Source of the DNA: Nemertoderma westbladi
Taxonomy: Eukaryota > Animalia > Xenacoelomorpha
Assembly (NCBI GenBank): GCA_032718475.1
Contig: JAUCBJ010003818.1
Coordinates: forward strand, 1 to 37,151
Length of the DNA stretch: 37,151 bases
Direction of reading: 5' to 3'
Under the pieces are notes generated by a model. The model did no database searches, was not told the DNA's origin, and saw only the letters and a list, made by a program, of their open reading frames with translations. A program made the translations under genes and the position numbers. Every line of letters begins with the position of its first letter. Position 1 is the stretch's first letter. This document shows, piece by piece, positions 36,802-37,151 of this stretch.

Positions 36802-37151
36802 CCTTATTAAACCGTAGCTTCTTGGTAATTCATCAATGTCGAATTAGGTAAAAAAAATTTAAAACTTAAACGAGTACGGAAGTTTAACTAGAATAATTAC
36901 AACTTTAAAAAGTTATTGAATATATCAATTACATTGGCTATATATACATATGTCGTGACCTACCAAAATAAAACAATAAATAAAATATATTTATAAAATA
37001 ATAACGTAAAATATAGCCACTCAAGATCTGCATACCTTTATTCAAAGTCTACATTAGCTATTCAATGTAAGCCGACCCCTACATGATAATGATGTTATAT
37101 ATCCAAAGCCTATAGACAATATCTGAATGCAATGTACAATGCACCGTGCAC

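Overview
AT-rich eukaryotic (probably invertebrate animal) DNA, not prokaryotic. The only well-supported host gene is a spliced annexin on the minus strand. Five coding exons (22012-22191, 19800-20004, 17272-17598, 11918-12099, 11239-11292) join in frame with GT-AG introns into a 315-aa four-repeat annexin core. A candidate start exon (Met-Asp) lies at 32829-32834. The introns are inflated by nested transposons: a 1.9-kb hAT element, a 9.7-kb CACTA/EnSpm-type element holding a Merlin transposase relic, a MULE-like foldback, a two-variant 63/65-bp satellite and a further insertion, plus a LINE 3' end and tRNA-derived SINEs. The most unusual feature is a 4.7-kb array of about 117 copies of a 40-bp unit made of the annexin exon's own last 31 nt plus its 5' splice site. 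The first 9.5 kb is a patchwork of MITEs, plus a transposon-like end carrying a spliced gene remnant with a SANT/Myb-like C-terminus. Nearly all long ORFs in the supplied track are tandem-repeat artefacts. All coordinates and counts were read by eye.
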